64,000 nt of DNA from positions 188,372-252,371 of the forward strand of contig PLMQ01000064.1 in NCBI GenBank assembly GCA_003142535.1, written 5' to 3'. The position numbers and the translations under genes are program-made. The notes under the pieces were generated by a model. The model had not been told where the DNA came from. It searched no databases and saw nothing but the letters and a program-made list of their open reading frames with translations. The stretch comes from Syntrophaceae bacterium (GTDB taxonomy: Bacteria; Desulfobacterota; Syntrophia; Syntrophales; Smithellaceae). Each line of letters opens with the position of its first letter. The stretch's first letter is position 1. Below are positions 8,143 through 17,935 of the stretch, piece by piece.

Positions 8143-9123
8143 ATGAGTGTCAATAAAATTCTAGTAACAGGTGCCGGTGGCTTTATCGGCAGCCATCTTG
8201 CGGAAAGACTCACCGAACTGGGCTATCCAGTCCGTGCCTTTGTTCATTACAATTCCAAAAGCAGTTGGGGATGGTTGGAAAGTTCTTCCTTTCTCAATGA
8301 CATAGAAATATATTCAGGAGATATTCGTGATTATGACTCAGTCCGCAATGCGATGAAAGGCTGCCAGGCGGTTTATCATCTGGCTGCGCTGATCGGAATA
8401 CCATATTCTTATGAATCGCCACTGGCTTACATTAAAACAAATATCGAGGGTACTTATAATGTATTAGAAAATGCCCGTACATTGGAGCTGGAAAATATTA
8501 TCGTAACATCTACAAGCGAGACCTATGGAACGGCACAGAAGGTGCCCATTGCCGAAGACCATCCTCTAGTCGGCCAATCGCCCTATTCCGCGTCGAAAAT
8601 CTCTGCCGATCAGTTGGCTCTCAGTTACTTTCTTTCTTTCCGGCAGCCTGTAAAGATTGTGCGTCCGTTTAATACTTACGGCCCGCGCCAATCGGCCCGA
8701 GCTGTAATTCCTACAATCATAAGCCAGCTTCTGTCCGGTAAAAAAACATTGAATCTGGGCAATATCTTTCCGACACGCGACCTGACCTTTGTTAAAGATA
8801 CTGTGGAAGGTTTTATCGAAATTTCCAAAGCGAAAAATCTTATCGGAGAAGTTGTCAATATCGGCAGCAGCTTTGAAATATCTGTTCGCGATCTGGCAGT
8901 AGAGATCGGCCGAATTTGCGGAAAGGAATTTGATTTTGCAACGGCGAAAGATCGTCTTCGCCCGAAAAATAGTGAAGTTGAACGCCTCTATTGTGATAAT
9001 ACGAAAATTATGAAAAATACAAATTGGCGTCCGAACTATTCATTGACGCAGGGTCTTACCGAAACAATAAACTGGATCAAAAACAATATAAATATTTGCA
9101 AACCAGATTTATATTTAAAGTAG
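8143..9123 (+). CDS. extended SDR, NDP-sugar dehydratase/epimerase
   Basis: Motifs GAGGFIGSHL, STSETYG and YSASK (the Y-x-x-x-K catalytic motif). Confidence 0.8.
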   Translation: MSVNKILVTGAGGFIGSHLAERLTELGYPVRAFVHYNSKSSWGWLESSSFLNDIEIYSGDIRDYDSVRNAMKGCQAVYHLAALIGIPYSYESPLAYIKTNIEGTYNVLENARTLELENIIVTSTSETYGTAQKVPIAEDHPLVGQSPYSASKISADQLALSYFLSFRQPVKIVRPFNTYGPRQSARAVIPTIISQLLSGKKTLNLGNIFPTRDLTFVKDTVEGFIEISKAKNLIGEVVNIGSSFEISVRDLAVEIGRICGKEFDFATAKDRLRPKNSEVERLYCDNTKIMKNTNWRPNYSLTQGLTETINWIKNNINICKPDLYLK

Positions 9124-9130
9124 GTGTTAA

Positions 9131-9829
9131 ATGCAGGCTATAATTCTTGCCGGAGGAAAAGGCACAAGGTTAAAACCTTATACAACTGTATTACCTAAGC
9201 CGTTGATGCCGATTGGCGATTGCCCGATTCTGGAAGTTGTCGTCCGCCAATTAAAGAAAAACGGTTTCCATAAAATAACAATGGCTGTAGGCCACCAGCA
9301 TGATCTCTTCATTGCTTTCTTCGGCAATGGAGAAAAATGGGGCGTTTCCATCGACTATTATATAGAAAAAGAACCTCTGGGTACTGCCGGCTCGATCCGG
9401 CATATTGAAAACCTTGATGATACTTTCTTGTTGATGAATGGTGATATTCTAACCGATCTGAATTTTAGAGAACTTTTTGAAATACATTTAAAAAAACATC
9501 CTTACTTAACTATCGCCGCCCATGAACGCACGCAAGATGTCAATTACGGCACTTTAGAATATTCATCCGACGGGATGCTCAACAAGTTCATAGAAAAGCC
9601 GGCTTATCGATTTAACGTCAGCATGGGTATCTACATCCTCTCGCGCCAAGTGTTGCCTTTCATACCAGAATGCGGCCATTTTGATTTTCCTGATTTAGTT
9701 CAAATGCTTCTTACTGAAAAAAAACCAGTATACTGCCACCCCTATAGCGGTTACTGGATGGATATTGGCCGTCCCGATGACTATGAACAGGCGATTGACG
9801 ATTACGAAAAAATTAAGGACCGACTATGA
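9131..9829 (+). CDS. sugar-1-phosphate nucleotidyltransferase
   Basis: MQAIILAGGKGTRLKPYTTVLPKPLMPI carries the G-x-G-T-R-L signature. Length 232 aa. Confidence 0.85.
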   Translation: MQAIILAGGKGTRLKPYTTVLPKPLMPIGDCPILEVVVRQLKKNGFHKITMAVGHQHDLFIAFFGNGEKWGVSIDYYIEKEPLGTAGSIRHIENLDDTFLLMNGDILTDLNFRELFEIHLKKHPYLTIAAHERTQDVNYGTLEYSSDGMLNKFIEKPAYRFNVSMGIYILSRQVLPFIPECGHFDFPDLVQMLLTEKKPVYCHPYSGYWMDIGRPDDYEQAIDDYEKIKDRL

Positions 9830-10968
9830 ATAATCCAAATCCGGTAATTCCTCTTTTTGATTTGAACTATGGATCGGAAGAAGAGGAGGCTGTGTTACGT
9901 GTTTTACGTAGCAAGTGGCTCACGATGGGTCCGGAAACGGAAGCACTGGAACACGAATTTGCCGAATATTTTAAAGTAAAACATGCCATAGCCGTAAGTA
10001 GTTGCACTACTGCTTTACATTTAGCCAATCTGGCCGTTGGCGTAAAACAGGGCAACGAAGTAATCTGTCCCTCGCTTACTTTTGTTGCCACTTCTAATTC
10101 AATTCTCTATGCCAATGGAACTCCTGTTTTTGCCGATGTCGTCTCTCTCGACGACTGGACAATTTCTCCTGCCGAAATCGAAAGTAAAATTTCTTCCCGG
10201 ACAACCGCCATAATAGTCATGCATTATGGCGGTTTCGCCTGCCAGATGGATGAAATTATTGAGATTGCCAAGCGCTACAAAATTCCGGTAATCGAAGACG
10301 CCGCTCATGCACCGGGCTCATTTTATAAAGATAGATTGCTGGGAGCAATTGGTGATATCTCCTGTTTTTCCTTTTTTTCCAATAAAAATATTTCTACAGG
10401 TGAAGGCGGTATCCTCTGTACTAATAATGATGAGTATGCAAAATACATAAAAAAAATCCGTTCTCATGGGATGACCAGCGCAACATTGGACCGCCATCTC
10501 GGCCATGCATATAGCTATGATGTAACTGACCTGGGTTATAATTACCGTGTTGATGAAATTCACGCCGCTTTAGCCCGCTGTCAATTAAAGAAATTATCAA
10601 CGGGAAATGAACGCCGCCGCCTGGCAGCAATTCGTTATAAAGATGCATTATCTAAAATTGACAAAATCAAGATTCCCTTCGGTAATTATTGTTTTCTCGC
10701 TAATTATCATATCTTTCCTATACTTCTTGATAAAAGCATAGACCGGCACGGTTTGATGGTTTTTCTGCGGAACAAAGGCATTCAAACCAGTATCCACTAT
10801 CCGCCGGTGCAAATGTTTTCATATTATCGGGAAAATTATAAGACAACAATGCTTCCTATAACTGAAGAAATCGGCAGGCGTGAAGTAACATTGCCGATGT
10901 TCCCGACAATCACCGACGGGCAAATATGCTTTATTTCCGAAAATATAATGGAATTTTTTCAGAAATAA
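9826..10968 (+). CDS. DegT/DnrJ/EryC1-family PLP-dependent sugar aminotransferase
   Basis: Motifs VIEDAAHAPG and SFFSNKNISTGEGGIL (PLP-lysine). It overlaps the upstream gene by 4 nt. Confidence 0.85.
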   Translation: MNNPNPVIPLFDLNYGSEEEEAVLRVLRSKWLTMGPETEALEHEFAEYFKVKHAIAVSSCTTALHLANLAVGVKQGNEVICPSLTFVATSNSILYANGTPVFADVVSLDDWTISPAEIESKISSRTTAIIVMHYGGFACQMDEIIEIAKRYKIPVIEDAAHAPGSFYKDRLLGAIGDISCFSFFSNKNISTGEGGILCTNNDEYAKYIKKIRSHGMTSATLDRHLGHAYSYDVTDLGYNYRVDEIHAALARCQLKKLSTGNERRRLAAIRYKDALSKIDKIKIPFGNYCFLANYHIFPILLDKSIDRHGLMVFLRNKGIQTSIHYPPVQMFSYYRENYKTTMLPITEEIGRREVTLPMFPTITDGQICFISENIMEFFQK

Positions 10969-10998
10969 ACGAATTGATTTTATCTGCTATTGTAAAAA

Positions 10999-11943
10999 AT
11001 GATAAATATAGAAAACATACATTATTCTTGTGGCGATGATTATTGCGATTCGCCAGCTCCGGGGTCGCGAGCGTTTTCAAATTGGGACTTTATCGAAACG
11101 CTTTCGAAAGCCACCGGATACAAAAATATCAGCGTTACGATTGAAACCGGTGGTAAGAAATATATATTGCCTCTTTTAGAACTGAAAGCTCTGGGTCTGT
11201 ATCCCCTAGCTTTCAGTCTGCCCCTAGGTTTATATGGCGGAATCGATGTGTCTGAAGCCGAATTGTACATCGAACTCATGAAACATATAAAAAAGTTTCT
11301 TGGCAGCGCCATAGTCTTACAAAATCCATTTGATACTGTTCTTCCGCAAATAAATTTGTCTTCACTATTTCGAGCGTACACCCATGTCGTAGAATTTGGG
11401 AATGCCACTTATGAAGATGTCTTCAAAACCATTTTCGACGCGAAGCTGAGGAATCAGATCAGAAAGGGGGAAAAATCGAATTTGACCATCAGAGAAGGGA
11501 ATGATGAGGACATAATTAATGCGTTTTATGAATTGTATATTTTGACTAACAAGCGTTGGGGCGAAAGGCATACCAAATACTCTATAGACTTTTTTACGGC
11601 GTTTGCAGGAAAGCCGTATTTTGAAATCAAACTTTCGCTGTTTGAAGGAAAAGTTGTTTCTGCTATTGTCCTTTTGAAATTATCCGGTCAATATTTATAT
11701 TGGTTTGGCGCTTTGAATAAAGACTATGGCGAATATTGTCCCAATCACTTTTTGCTTTCCAGGACAATAAGAGAGGCCATTGAGACGCGTGCGGAATTCT
11801 TTAATTTTGGCGCAAGCGGAAAACTCATCGATGTAAAAAAATTCAAGGAATCCTTTGGCGCAAAAGAAATCTCCTATGATATTTATTTCATGGGTAATCC
11901 TATAACGAGATATGCGCTGGCAACAATAATGCGGAGACAGTGA
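10999..11943 (+). CDS. FemAB-like / GNAT-fold acyl(aminoacyl)transferase
   Basis: The C-terminal pattern YLYWFGALNKDYGEYCPNHFLLSRTIREAIETRAEFFNFGASGKLIDVKKFKESFGAKE resembles the FemAB/CelD-type ...DFGG...FK..FG signature. Confidence 0.5.
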   Translation: MINIENIHYSCGDDYCDSPAPGSRAFSNWDFIETLSKATGYKNISVTIETGGKKYILPLLELKALGLYPLAFSLPLGLYGGIDVSEAELYIELMKHIKKFLGSAIVLQNPFDTVLPQINLSSLFRAYTHVVEFGNATYEDVFKTIFDAKLRNQIRKGEKSNLTIREGNDEDIINAFYELYILTNKRWGERHTKYSIDFFTAFAGKPYFEIKLSLFEGKVVSAIVLLKLSGQYLYWFGALNKDYGEYCPNHFLLSRTIREAIETRAEFFNFGASGKLIDVKKFKESFGAKEISYDIYFMGNPITRYALATIMRRQ

Positions 11944-11944
11944 A

Positions 11945-12907
11945 GTGAATTTAAAGAAAATCCTACAATATCTTCTCGCACTAATAGTGATAGTTGCAGT
12001 GGGGTATTTTTTCTATCTGGAATTCAAAAAAAATTGGGATGCGATAAGAGCATATCATTTTGCTATTAATTTTTACTATATTGTCGCCTCGATTTTCGTA
12101 ATGACGATAGGATTCCTCATGGATACATATATCTGGCAAATTTTCGTGAATGATTACCTTCCAAAGAAGCTGACATTTTGTGAAAGCATGGCTCTGTATA
12201 ATACGACAGCAATGCTTAAATACATTCCCGGCAAAATATGGATTTACACGGCACAAATAGCACTGATGTCATCGAAAGGGATTTCTAAAGCAGTATTGAT
12301 TTATATAAACCTTATATGCTTTATTTGCCTTACCTTCGTTTCAGCAATATATGCTTTATATTATTATCTTTTCTATTTACAAATGGCACCTTGGGAAATT
12401 TCAATTTTGATATTTATTCTGTTAATTGCTCTGGATTTTATTTTTGTCATCTGGAACACCTCGATAATAAATTACCTGATAATTCCAATAAACCGCATAT
12501 TCAAAAGGGAAATACAACCCATAAAAATAAAGAAACTGCTTCTGATATATTTGCAACTGCTATATTTGCTTGGCTATGTGCCTGTGGGGATAGGCATGTA
12601 TTTTCTTGCTAAAGGAATAGGCATGGAAATTCCCTTTTCCAGCATACTGCCTGTTATAGCCACACTTTCCGTATCATTAGTATTAGGCTATATCGCTTTT
12701 TTCAGCCCGGGTGGCTTGGGTATAAGAGAAGGCACAATGTTTGTGATGCTAAAGCAATTTGCGAATGTCGAAACTGCACTGATTCTGCCTATTGCGATGC
12801 GATTGATATATATCATTATCGAGCTTTTGCTGGGAATTATCGGAATACTTGTAGGCATGAAATATGGCTATTTTCCTAAGCAGGCGAAAAGCCGACAAAA
12901 GCAATGA
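11945..12907 (+). CDS. UPF0104 / LPG-synthase-TM (MprF flippase-domain-like) membrane protein
   Basis: About 8 TM segments. It has the family-typical FSPGGLGIREG motif. The GTG start lies 1 nt after the stop of the FemAB-like gene. Confidence 0.6.
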   Translation: MNLKKILQYLLALIVIVAVGYFFYLEFKKNWDAIRAYHFAINFYYIVASIFVMTIGFLMDTYIWQIFVNDYLPKKLTFCESMALYNTTAMLKYIPGKIWIYTAQIALMSSKGISKAVLIYINLICFICLTFVSAIYALYYYLFYLQMAPWEISILIFILLIALDFIFVIWNTSIINYLIIPINRIFKREIQPIKIKKLLLIYLQLLYLLGYVPVGIGMYFLAKGIGMEIPFSSILPVIATLSVSLVLGYIAFFSPGGLGIREGTMFVMLKQFANVETALILPIAMRLIYIIIELLLGIIGILVGMKYGYFPKQAKSRQKQ

Positions 12908-13282
12908 TTATCGGGTTTCGCTGAAATATGAAGCCAAACCATCGAGGGGTATAAGGTGTGTTTATGAAAAAATTTACTGGACACTATTCATATGTTCAAC
13001 GCATTATTCTATAAATTTTTTTATTCCCGTTGAGAAAATATTGATAGAGAATCTTTTAATCCGTATTTTCTTTCCAGAACAAAGTTTTCATAGAGATTAA
13101 AAGGAGGCGCTCTCAACCAAATCATGACTCGCCGTTGCTTTTTGAACAAAATTATGTCAATTTAGCTTGAAGAGGTGTCCATTTTTTCGGGGGCAGATAA
13201 GGCGGGGTAGTTTATTTGTGCTTTGTGCATCGCATCTTGGATCCTTGCACAGAGGCATCATAGAGAGGATGGTAAAACCGGC

Positions 13283-14284
13283 ATGAAAAAGATTGTAGTA
13301 ACCGGCTGTGCAGGTATGATCGGGTCGCACCTGGTGGATGAGCTGGTCCAAAAGGAAGATGTTACAGTCGTCGGTGTGGATAACCTCTCCTTCGGGCGTA
13401 TGGACAATATCGAACATGCCATAAAGAGTGACCGGTTCACCTTTTACCGGGTGGACGTGCTGGATATCGAGGCCATGAAGATCCTGTGCTGTGGCGCGGA
13501 TACCATCGTACACCTGGCTGCCATGAAAAAGAGCGGAGAAGACGATGCCAGCCTCCATACATTACGGGTGAACAGTCACGGCACGGAAAACGTTTTTGAG
13601 ATAGCCAGGATGTGGCGATGCAAGGTCGTGCTTGCCTCGACTTCAGACGTATATGGCATGGCGCCCATTCCCCATGCTGAAGACAACGATCTGGTTCTTG
13701 GTCCTTCAATGATAAAGCGGTGGGCCTATGCCGTATCCAAGCTCTATGACGAACAGCTGGCCTTTGCCTATTACAAGGATGAAAAAGTTCCGATTGTGGT
13801 GTTGCGCTATTTCGGCGGTTTCAGCCCCCGGTCCAGCTTCAGCTGGAGCGGCGGGCATATCCCCATCTTTATTGACGCCGTTTTGAGAAATGAGCCGGTG
13901 AATATCCATGGCGACGGCACGCAGACCCGGTCCATGGCCGATGTCCGCGACCTGATACGAGGCACCATGTCCGCCATAGAAAGAGATGAGGCCGTAGGAC
14001 ATATCATCAATCTCGGCAATGACGAGGAGTTGAGCGTGCTGGACAGCGCCAAGCTGATTGCCGATGTGATCAATGAAGAGACTGGTCTTAATCGCGAACT
14101 GAAGATCAAGTATATCCCATTTTCTGATATCTTTGGACAATACAAGGATATCATGCGCCGGTTACCCGATCTGACCAAGGCCAGACGATTGCTCGATTAT
14201 GAGCCACGATACCAACTTCGCGAAGCTGTAAAAACTACAGTTAATATAAAATATAATGAATTAAAAGGAAAAGGTTTAATTTGA
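13283..14284 (+). CDS. extended SDR, UDP-glucuronate decarboxylase/ArnA-C-like NDP-sugar enzyme (high-GC gene)
   Basis: MKKIVVTGCAGMIGSHLVDEL starts at the in-frame ATG at 13283. Motifs STSDVYG and YAVSK. G+C is markedly higher than the flanks: my hand count is 34/60 at 13301-13360 versus 21/60 at 14341-14400. Confidence 0.75.
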   Translation: MKKIVVTGCAGMIGSHLVDELVQKEDVTVVGVDNLSFGRMDNIEHAIKSDRFTFYRVDVLDIEAMKILCCGADTIVHLAAMKKSGEDDASLHTLRVNSHGTENVFEIARMWRCKVVLASTSDVYGMAPIPHAEDNDLVLGPSMIKRWAYAVSKLYDEQLAFAYYKDEKVPIVVLRYFGGFSPRSSFSWSGGHIPIFIDAVLRNEPVNIHGDGTQTRSMADVRDLIRGTMSAIERDEAVGHIINLGNDEELSVLDSAKLIADVINEETGLNRELKIKYIPFSDIFGQYKDIMRRLPDLTKARRLLDYEPRYQLREAVKTTVNIKYNELKGKGLI

Positions 14285-15078
14285 GTATCATATTTAATAA
14301 GACAGCCTCGCAAACTATAAAGCCATTTATACCCCGATTATATATTGTTATCCCTGTGTTTAATGAATCAGCTAATGTAGATCAGCTTTGCAATGGCCTT
14401 ATAAATATTAAAGGGTTGTTGGATAAGGAATTCAAGGCACAATTTATTGTAGTTGACGATGGAAGCAGTGATGATACGATCAGTCGGTTCCAAAATAATG
14501 GATTAGGTGATTCACTCATAATATTACGTCATGATACTAATCATGGCCCCGGAGCAGCATTCAGAACAGCCTTCTCTTATATGGCCCCCCTCATAAAAGA
14601 TGAGGATTGGGTGTTGACTATGGAGGGTGATAATACATCACAACTAGAAATTTTTGGAAAGATGCTTGCTCAGCGAACAAACGGGGCTGAAGTCATATTA
14701 GCAAGTCCAAATGCACGCGGAGGAGAAATCCTCCATGTTGTATGGTATCGTCTATTTCTTAGCTATACAGCTAATTTTATGGCCCGATGTCTTCTAGGTT
14801 TGTGGGGTATTCATACACTGAGCAGTTTCTACCGTCTGCATAGTGGGTTGATTATCAAAAAACTGCAGCTTAAATATAGTTCACCTATCGTTGAATCATC
14901 AGGCTTTGAATGGGCTGTTGAAATGCTCGCTAAACTTGTTCGAGTTAATGCTCGAATTGTTGAAGTCCCTATGAGGCTGGACTTCTCAGCAAGAAAGGGA
15001 AAAACCAAAATGCGTATCCGGAGAACGATCCAGGGCTATTTCAGAGTTTTTATACAATTTAAGAGAAGGATTATATAG
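14281..15078 (+). CDS. GT2 glycosyltransferase, DPM1/ArnC-like
   Basis: Motifs LYIVIPVFNESANV, VVDDGSSDDT and MEGDNT. The TTG start overlaps the upstream stop. Confidence 0.7.
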   Translation: MSIIFNKTASQTIKPFIPRLYIVIPVFNESANVDQLCNGLINIKGLLDKEFKAQFIVVDDGSSDDTISRFQNNGLGDSLIILRHDTNHGPGAAFRTAFSYMAPLIKDEDWVLTMEGDNTSQLEIFGKMLAQRTNGAEVILASPNARGGEILHVVWYRLFLSYTANFMARCLLGLWGIHTLSSFYRLHSGLIIKKLQLKYSSPIVESSGFEWAVEMLAKLVRVNARIVEVPMRLDFSARKGKTKMRIRRTIQGYFRVFIQFKRRII

Positions 15079-15080
15079 AA

Positions 15081-16724
15081 ATGGAACGAAACAACACAAT
15101 TTCCATTCCTTCTGGAGAAGAAACTTCCCCTCCGGAAGAAAAAAAATTAGTTTTTCCAAAGATACCTATCCCTCTTCTTTGCGTTTTCTTGCTTCTTTTA
15201 GCAGTGATAGTCTGGTTTTGCTTTTATGCCACCCATACAAAGGGTATTACAGGCTCAGATGATCGGGAGTATGTTTCCATTGCCAGAAATATTGTTAATG
15301 GGCAAGGGATCGTTAAAGATAGTATTTTACCACTAGAAGTTAATTTTTTTAAGCAATTACCTATCCCCGAATTCATGCACCCGCCTGGATATCCTCTGAT
15401 CATTGCCGGATTTTTTAAACTATTTGGAGTATCTGATTTTGTCGCCTTACTTCCTTCCTATCTCGCCTATTTTATTCTTATTCTTCTCGTTTTCTACTTT
15501 GTCAAAAAGTATGTCAATACTAAGACGGCAATTATGGCAACAATAATCTTAATTTTTAACAAAGAAATTTTGAATTATAGTTCCATCGCGTTGAGCGAAG
15601 AGGTTTACACCGCAGTTTTTTTCTTATTTTTCATTCTTATCATTAGAGCAAATTCTTTAGGAGCTATTTTTTTTTCAGGCGTAATCCTGGGAGTTAGTCA
15701 TTTAATCAGGGAAAATATATATCCCTTTTTTATTCCAATGCTTTTCTTTCTTTATTTTTATCCCGACCTCCTACGATGGAAAAAGATGGGACTCTTCATT
15801 ATCGGCTTATTAATTCCCATCAGCTTCATCATAAGTAGAAACTATTTGATGACCGGAGAACCATTTTTTTCCTATGGAAAATTCGCTTTTATGGCTTTTT
15901 CGGATAAGTATCCCTGGTTAAATATCTACCGGGATATTCATAATCCTTCTTTAATTGAATTCATCTTGACGGAACCAAGCCAGTTTTTACTGAAATATCT
16001 AAAAAACTTGATGAGTGCTTTGGAACAAATCATGCGGTTCTCCAATCCTTATCTACTCGCTTTCTTTTTATTGGATATGTTTCATTGGAAAATCAACCCG
16101 GAGTTGAAGAAGATAAAGATACTTTTTCTTCTTCTGCTGATTTCTCAGATACTCTTCATTTCTTTGTTTACAATTACCGATCGCTACTTTATCCCTTTCT
16201 TGCCCTTGATGATTTTATTTGCTTCTCAATGTTTCCTGAGAGTATCAGAAAACGTCATCTCCCTAAGTATGAATACATGGGAAAAAAGTCTCCGTTGGAT
16301 TTTTGCTTTTTTGTTCTTGATTTTCTTTGTCGTTCCTACAACCTATCTCATCATTCAGCCCAGGATAATTCCCCAATTCGGTTACCTGGTGTCTCAAGAT
16401 GAAGCCCGGAAGCTAAATGAATTTTTAACAAAGGAGTTGAATAAAAATCAAATAGTTTGGACAGACTTGCCGGAAATTCTGGAGTGGGAAGGTAATCGTC
16501 TCAGTGGATGGATTCCAACTAGCGTAGCAAAGATTTACGAAATCAATAAAAAGATTCCTGTAGATGCTATTCTTTTGACAAACATTAGAACACCATACCG
16601 TATGGAGGCAGAATGGCAATATCTATTATTCAGAGAACAAAGTTTACCTAATTACCGGACGGTTAAATTATACAAAGGGGATATAATTTTCGCGAAATTA
16701 TTTATTCGAGACGATAAGAAATAA
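15081..16724 (+). CDS. GT-C fold (PMT_2/ArnT-like) polytopic membrane glycosyltransferase
   Basis: More than 10 TM segments. The first loop reads GSDDREYVSIARNIVNGQG, followed by MHPPGYPL, which is typical of ArnT/PMT-type enzymes. It lies immediately downstream of the GT2 gene. Confidence 0.65.
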   Translation: MERNNTISIPSGEETSPPEEKKLVFPKIPIPLLCVFLLLLAVIVWFCFYATHTKGITGSDDREYVSIARNIVNGQGIVKDSILPLEVNFFKQLPIPEFMHPPGYPLIIAGFFKLFGVSDFVALLPSYLAYFILILLVFYFVKKYVNTKTAIMATIILIFNKEILNYSSIALSEEVYTAVFFLFFILIIRANSLGAIFFSGVILGVSHLIRENIYPFFIPMLFFLYFYPDLLRWKKMGLFIIGLLIPISFIISRNYLMTGEPFFSYGKFAFMAFSDKYPWLNIYRDIHNPSLIEFILTEPSQFLLKYLKNLMSALEQIMRFSNPYLLAFFLLDMFHWKINPELKKIKILFLLLLISQILFISLFTITDRYFIPFLPLMILFASQCFLRVSENVISLSMNTWEKSLRWIFAFLFLIFFVVPTTYLIIQPRIIPQFGYLVSQDEARKLNEFLTKELNKNQIVWTDLPEILEWEGNRLSGWIPTSVAKIYEINKKIPVDAILLTNIRTPYRMEAEWQYLLFREQSLPNYRTVKLYKGDIIFAKLFIRDDKK

Positions 16725-16746
16725 ATAAAATCTCATCCTATTTTGA

Positions 16747-17805
16747 TTAGGATTGGCAGATAATCTTTACAATCCGTTCGGCTGCCGGCGCATCACCATA
16801 CAAAGAAAAATGTGATTCCGGTTTCTTATATGAATTGACAGCCCGGATAATTTTCCCCTGGTTGGAACCAGTCAGCACATTCCATCCTGTTTCAACAGTC
16901 TCTACCCATTCCGTTTCGTCGCGAAGAGTAATGCATGGCACTCCTAACCAATAAGCTTCTTTTTGTATACCGCCGGAATCAGTCAAGATCATACGTGCTG
17001 ACATTTCCACCGCGATCATATCACTATAGCCTAATGGTTCACTGGAAATAACATGGGGGGAAAATTTAAAGCCTAATTTTTTTATAATCTTTTTTGTCCT
17101 GGGATGAACGGGGAAAATAATTTTTTCTTTTAGTTTATTAAACGCCGTAAGGATGGACAGCAGCCTGTTTTCATTATCTGTATTCTCCGCCCGGTGAACA
17201 GTTGCTAATAGATATTTTTGGGCAGACAAATTGAGTTTCGACAAAATATCACTACTCGTGCCGGCAATCTTTTTTGCTAAAACAATAGAATCCGCCATTA
17301 CATCTCCGACGATATGAACAGCGTTTACGATGCCTTCCGCAGTCAAATTATTAACCGCGTTCTGGCTGGGACAAAACAACAAATTGGATAAATGATCGGT
17401 TATAATCCGGTTAATTTCTTCCGGCATCTCGCGATTGAAGCTCCTCAATCCTGCTTCCACATGTGCCACTTTTATATTTAATTTCGCTGCTGCCAGTGCG
17501 CCAGCCAACGTTGAATTGGTATCCCCATAGATCAAAACCCAGTTCGGGTTTTCCTGCATCAGGACTTTTTCAATTTTAGTGAGCATTTGTCCCGTTTGCC
17601 AACCGTGATTCCCTGAACCTACTTTTAAATTGTACTTTGGTTTCGGAATTCCTAGTTCACGAAAAAAAACCGATGACATCCTATCATCATAATGTTGACC
17701 TGTATGAACAATGATTTCATCAATTATTCCTCTCATAGCAAGAGATACAGGGGCTGCTTTAATGAATTGCGGTCGGGCGCCTATTATGCTGACAATTTTA
17801 ATCAA
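16747..17805 (-). CDS. wecB: UDP-N-acetylglucosamine 2-epimerase (non-hydrolysing)
   Basis: MIKIVSIIGARPQFIKAAPV, then HTGQHYD, YGDTNSTLAGALAA and TDSGGIQKEA. Confidence 0.9.
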   Translation of the reverse strand: MIKIVSIIGARPQFIKAAPVSLAMRGIIDEIIVHTGQHYDDRMSSVFFRELGIPKPKYNLKVGSGNHGWQTGQMLTKIEKVLMQENPNWVLIYGDTNSTLAGALAAAKLNIKVAHVEAGLRSFNREMPEEINRIITDHLSNLLFCPSQNAVNNLTAEGIVNAVHIVGDVMADSIVLAKKIAGTSSDILSKLNLSAQKYLLATVHRAENTDNENRLLSILTAFNKLKEKIIFPVHPRTKKIIKKLGFKFSPHVISSEPLGYSDMIAVEMSARMILTDSGGIQKEAYWLGVPCITLRDETEWVETVETGWNVLTGSNQGKIIRAVNSYKKPESHFSLYGDAPAAERIVKIICQS

Positions 17806-17935
17806 TGATTTAATTTTATCTTACCTTTCGCTTTTAATTTTTTTTAATGAAATATTTTGCATCTTTTCAATTATTGTAATAACTTTTTGATAAGAACTTC
17901 CTTTTTCACGGTGGAAACATATAAAGAAGGATCTT

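Noticed and set aside
12908-13282. Mini-ORFs in the gap before the high-GC gene (for example MKKFTGHYSYVQRIIL and a 13-codon ORF after AAGGAGG)
   Set aside because: They are too short to support. The AAGGAGG is 15 nt from its ATG. I treat the gap as a probable recombination scar or promoter region rather than as coding sequence.
13157-14178. Four long minus-strand ORFs (13157-13558, 13437-13709, 13706-14140, 13807-14178) overlapping the SDR gene
   Set aside because: Their translations have no recognisable motifs and are Arg/Pro/Gly-rich. They coincide exactly with the high-GC patch, where stop codons are rare in all frames. The plus-strand SDR reading frame has clear Rossmann and YxxxK motifs.
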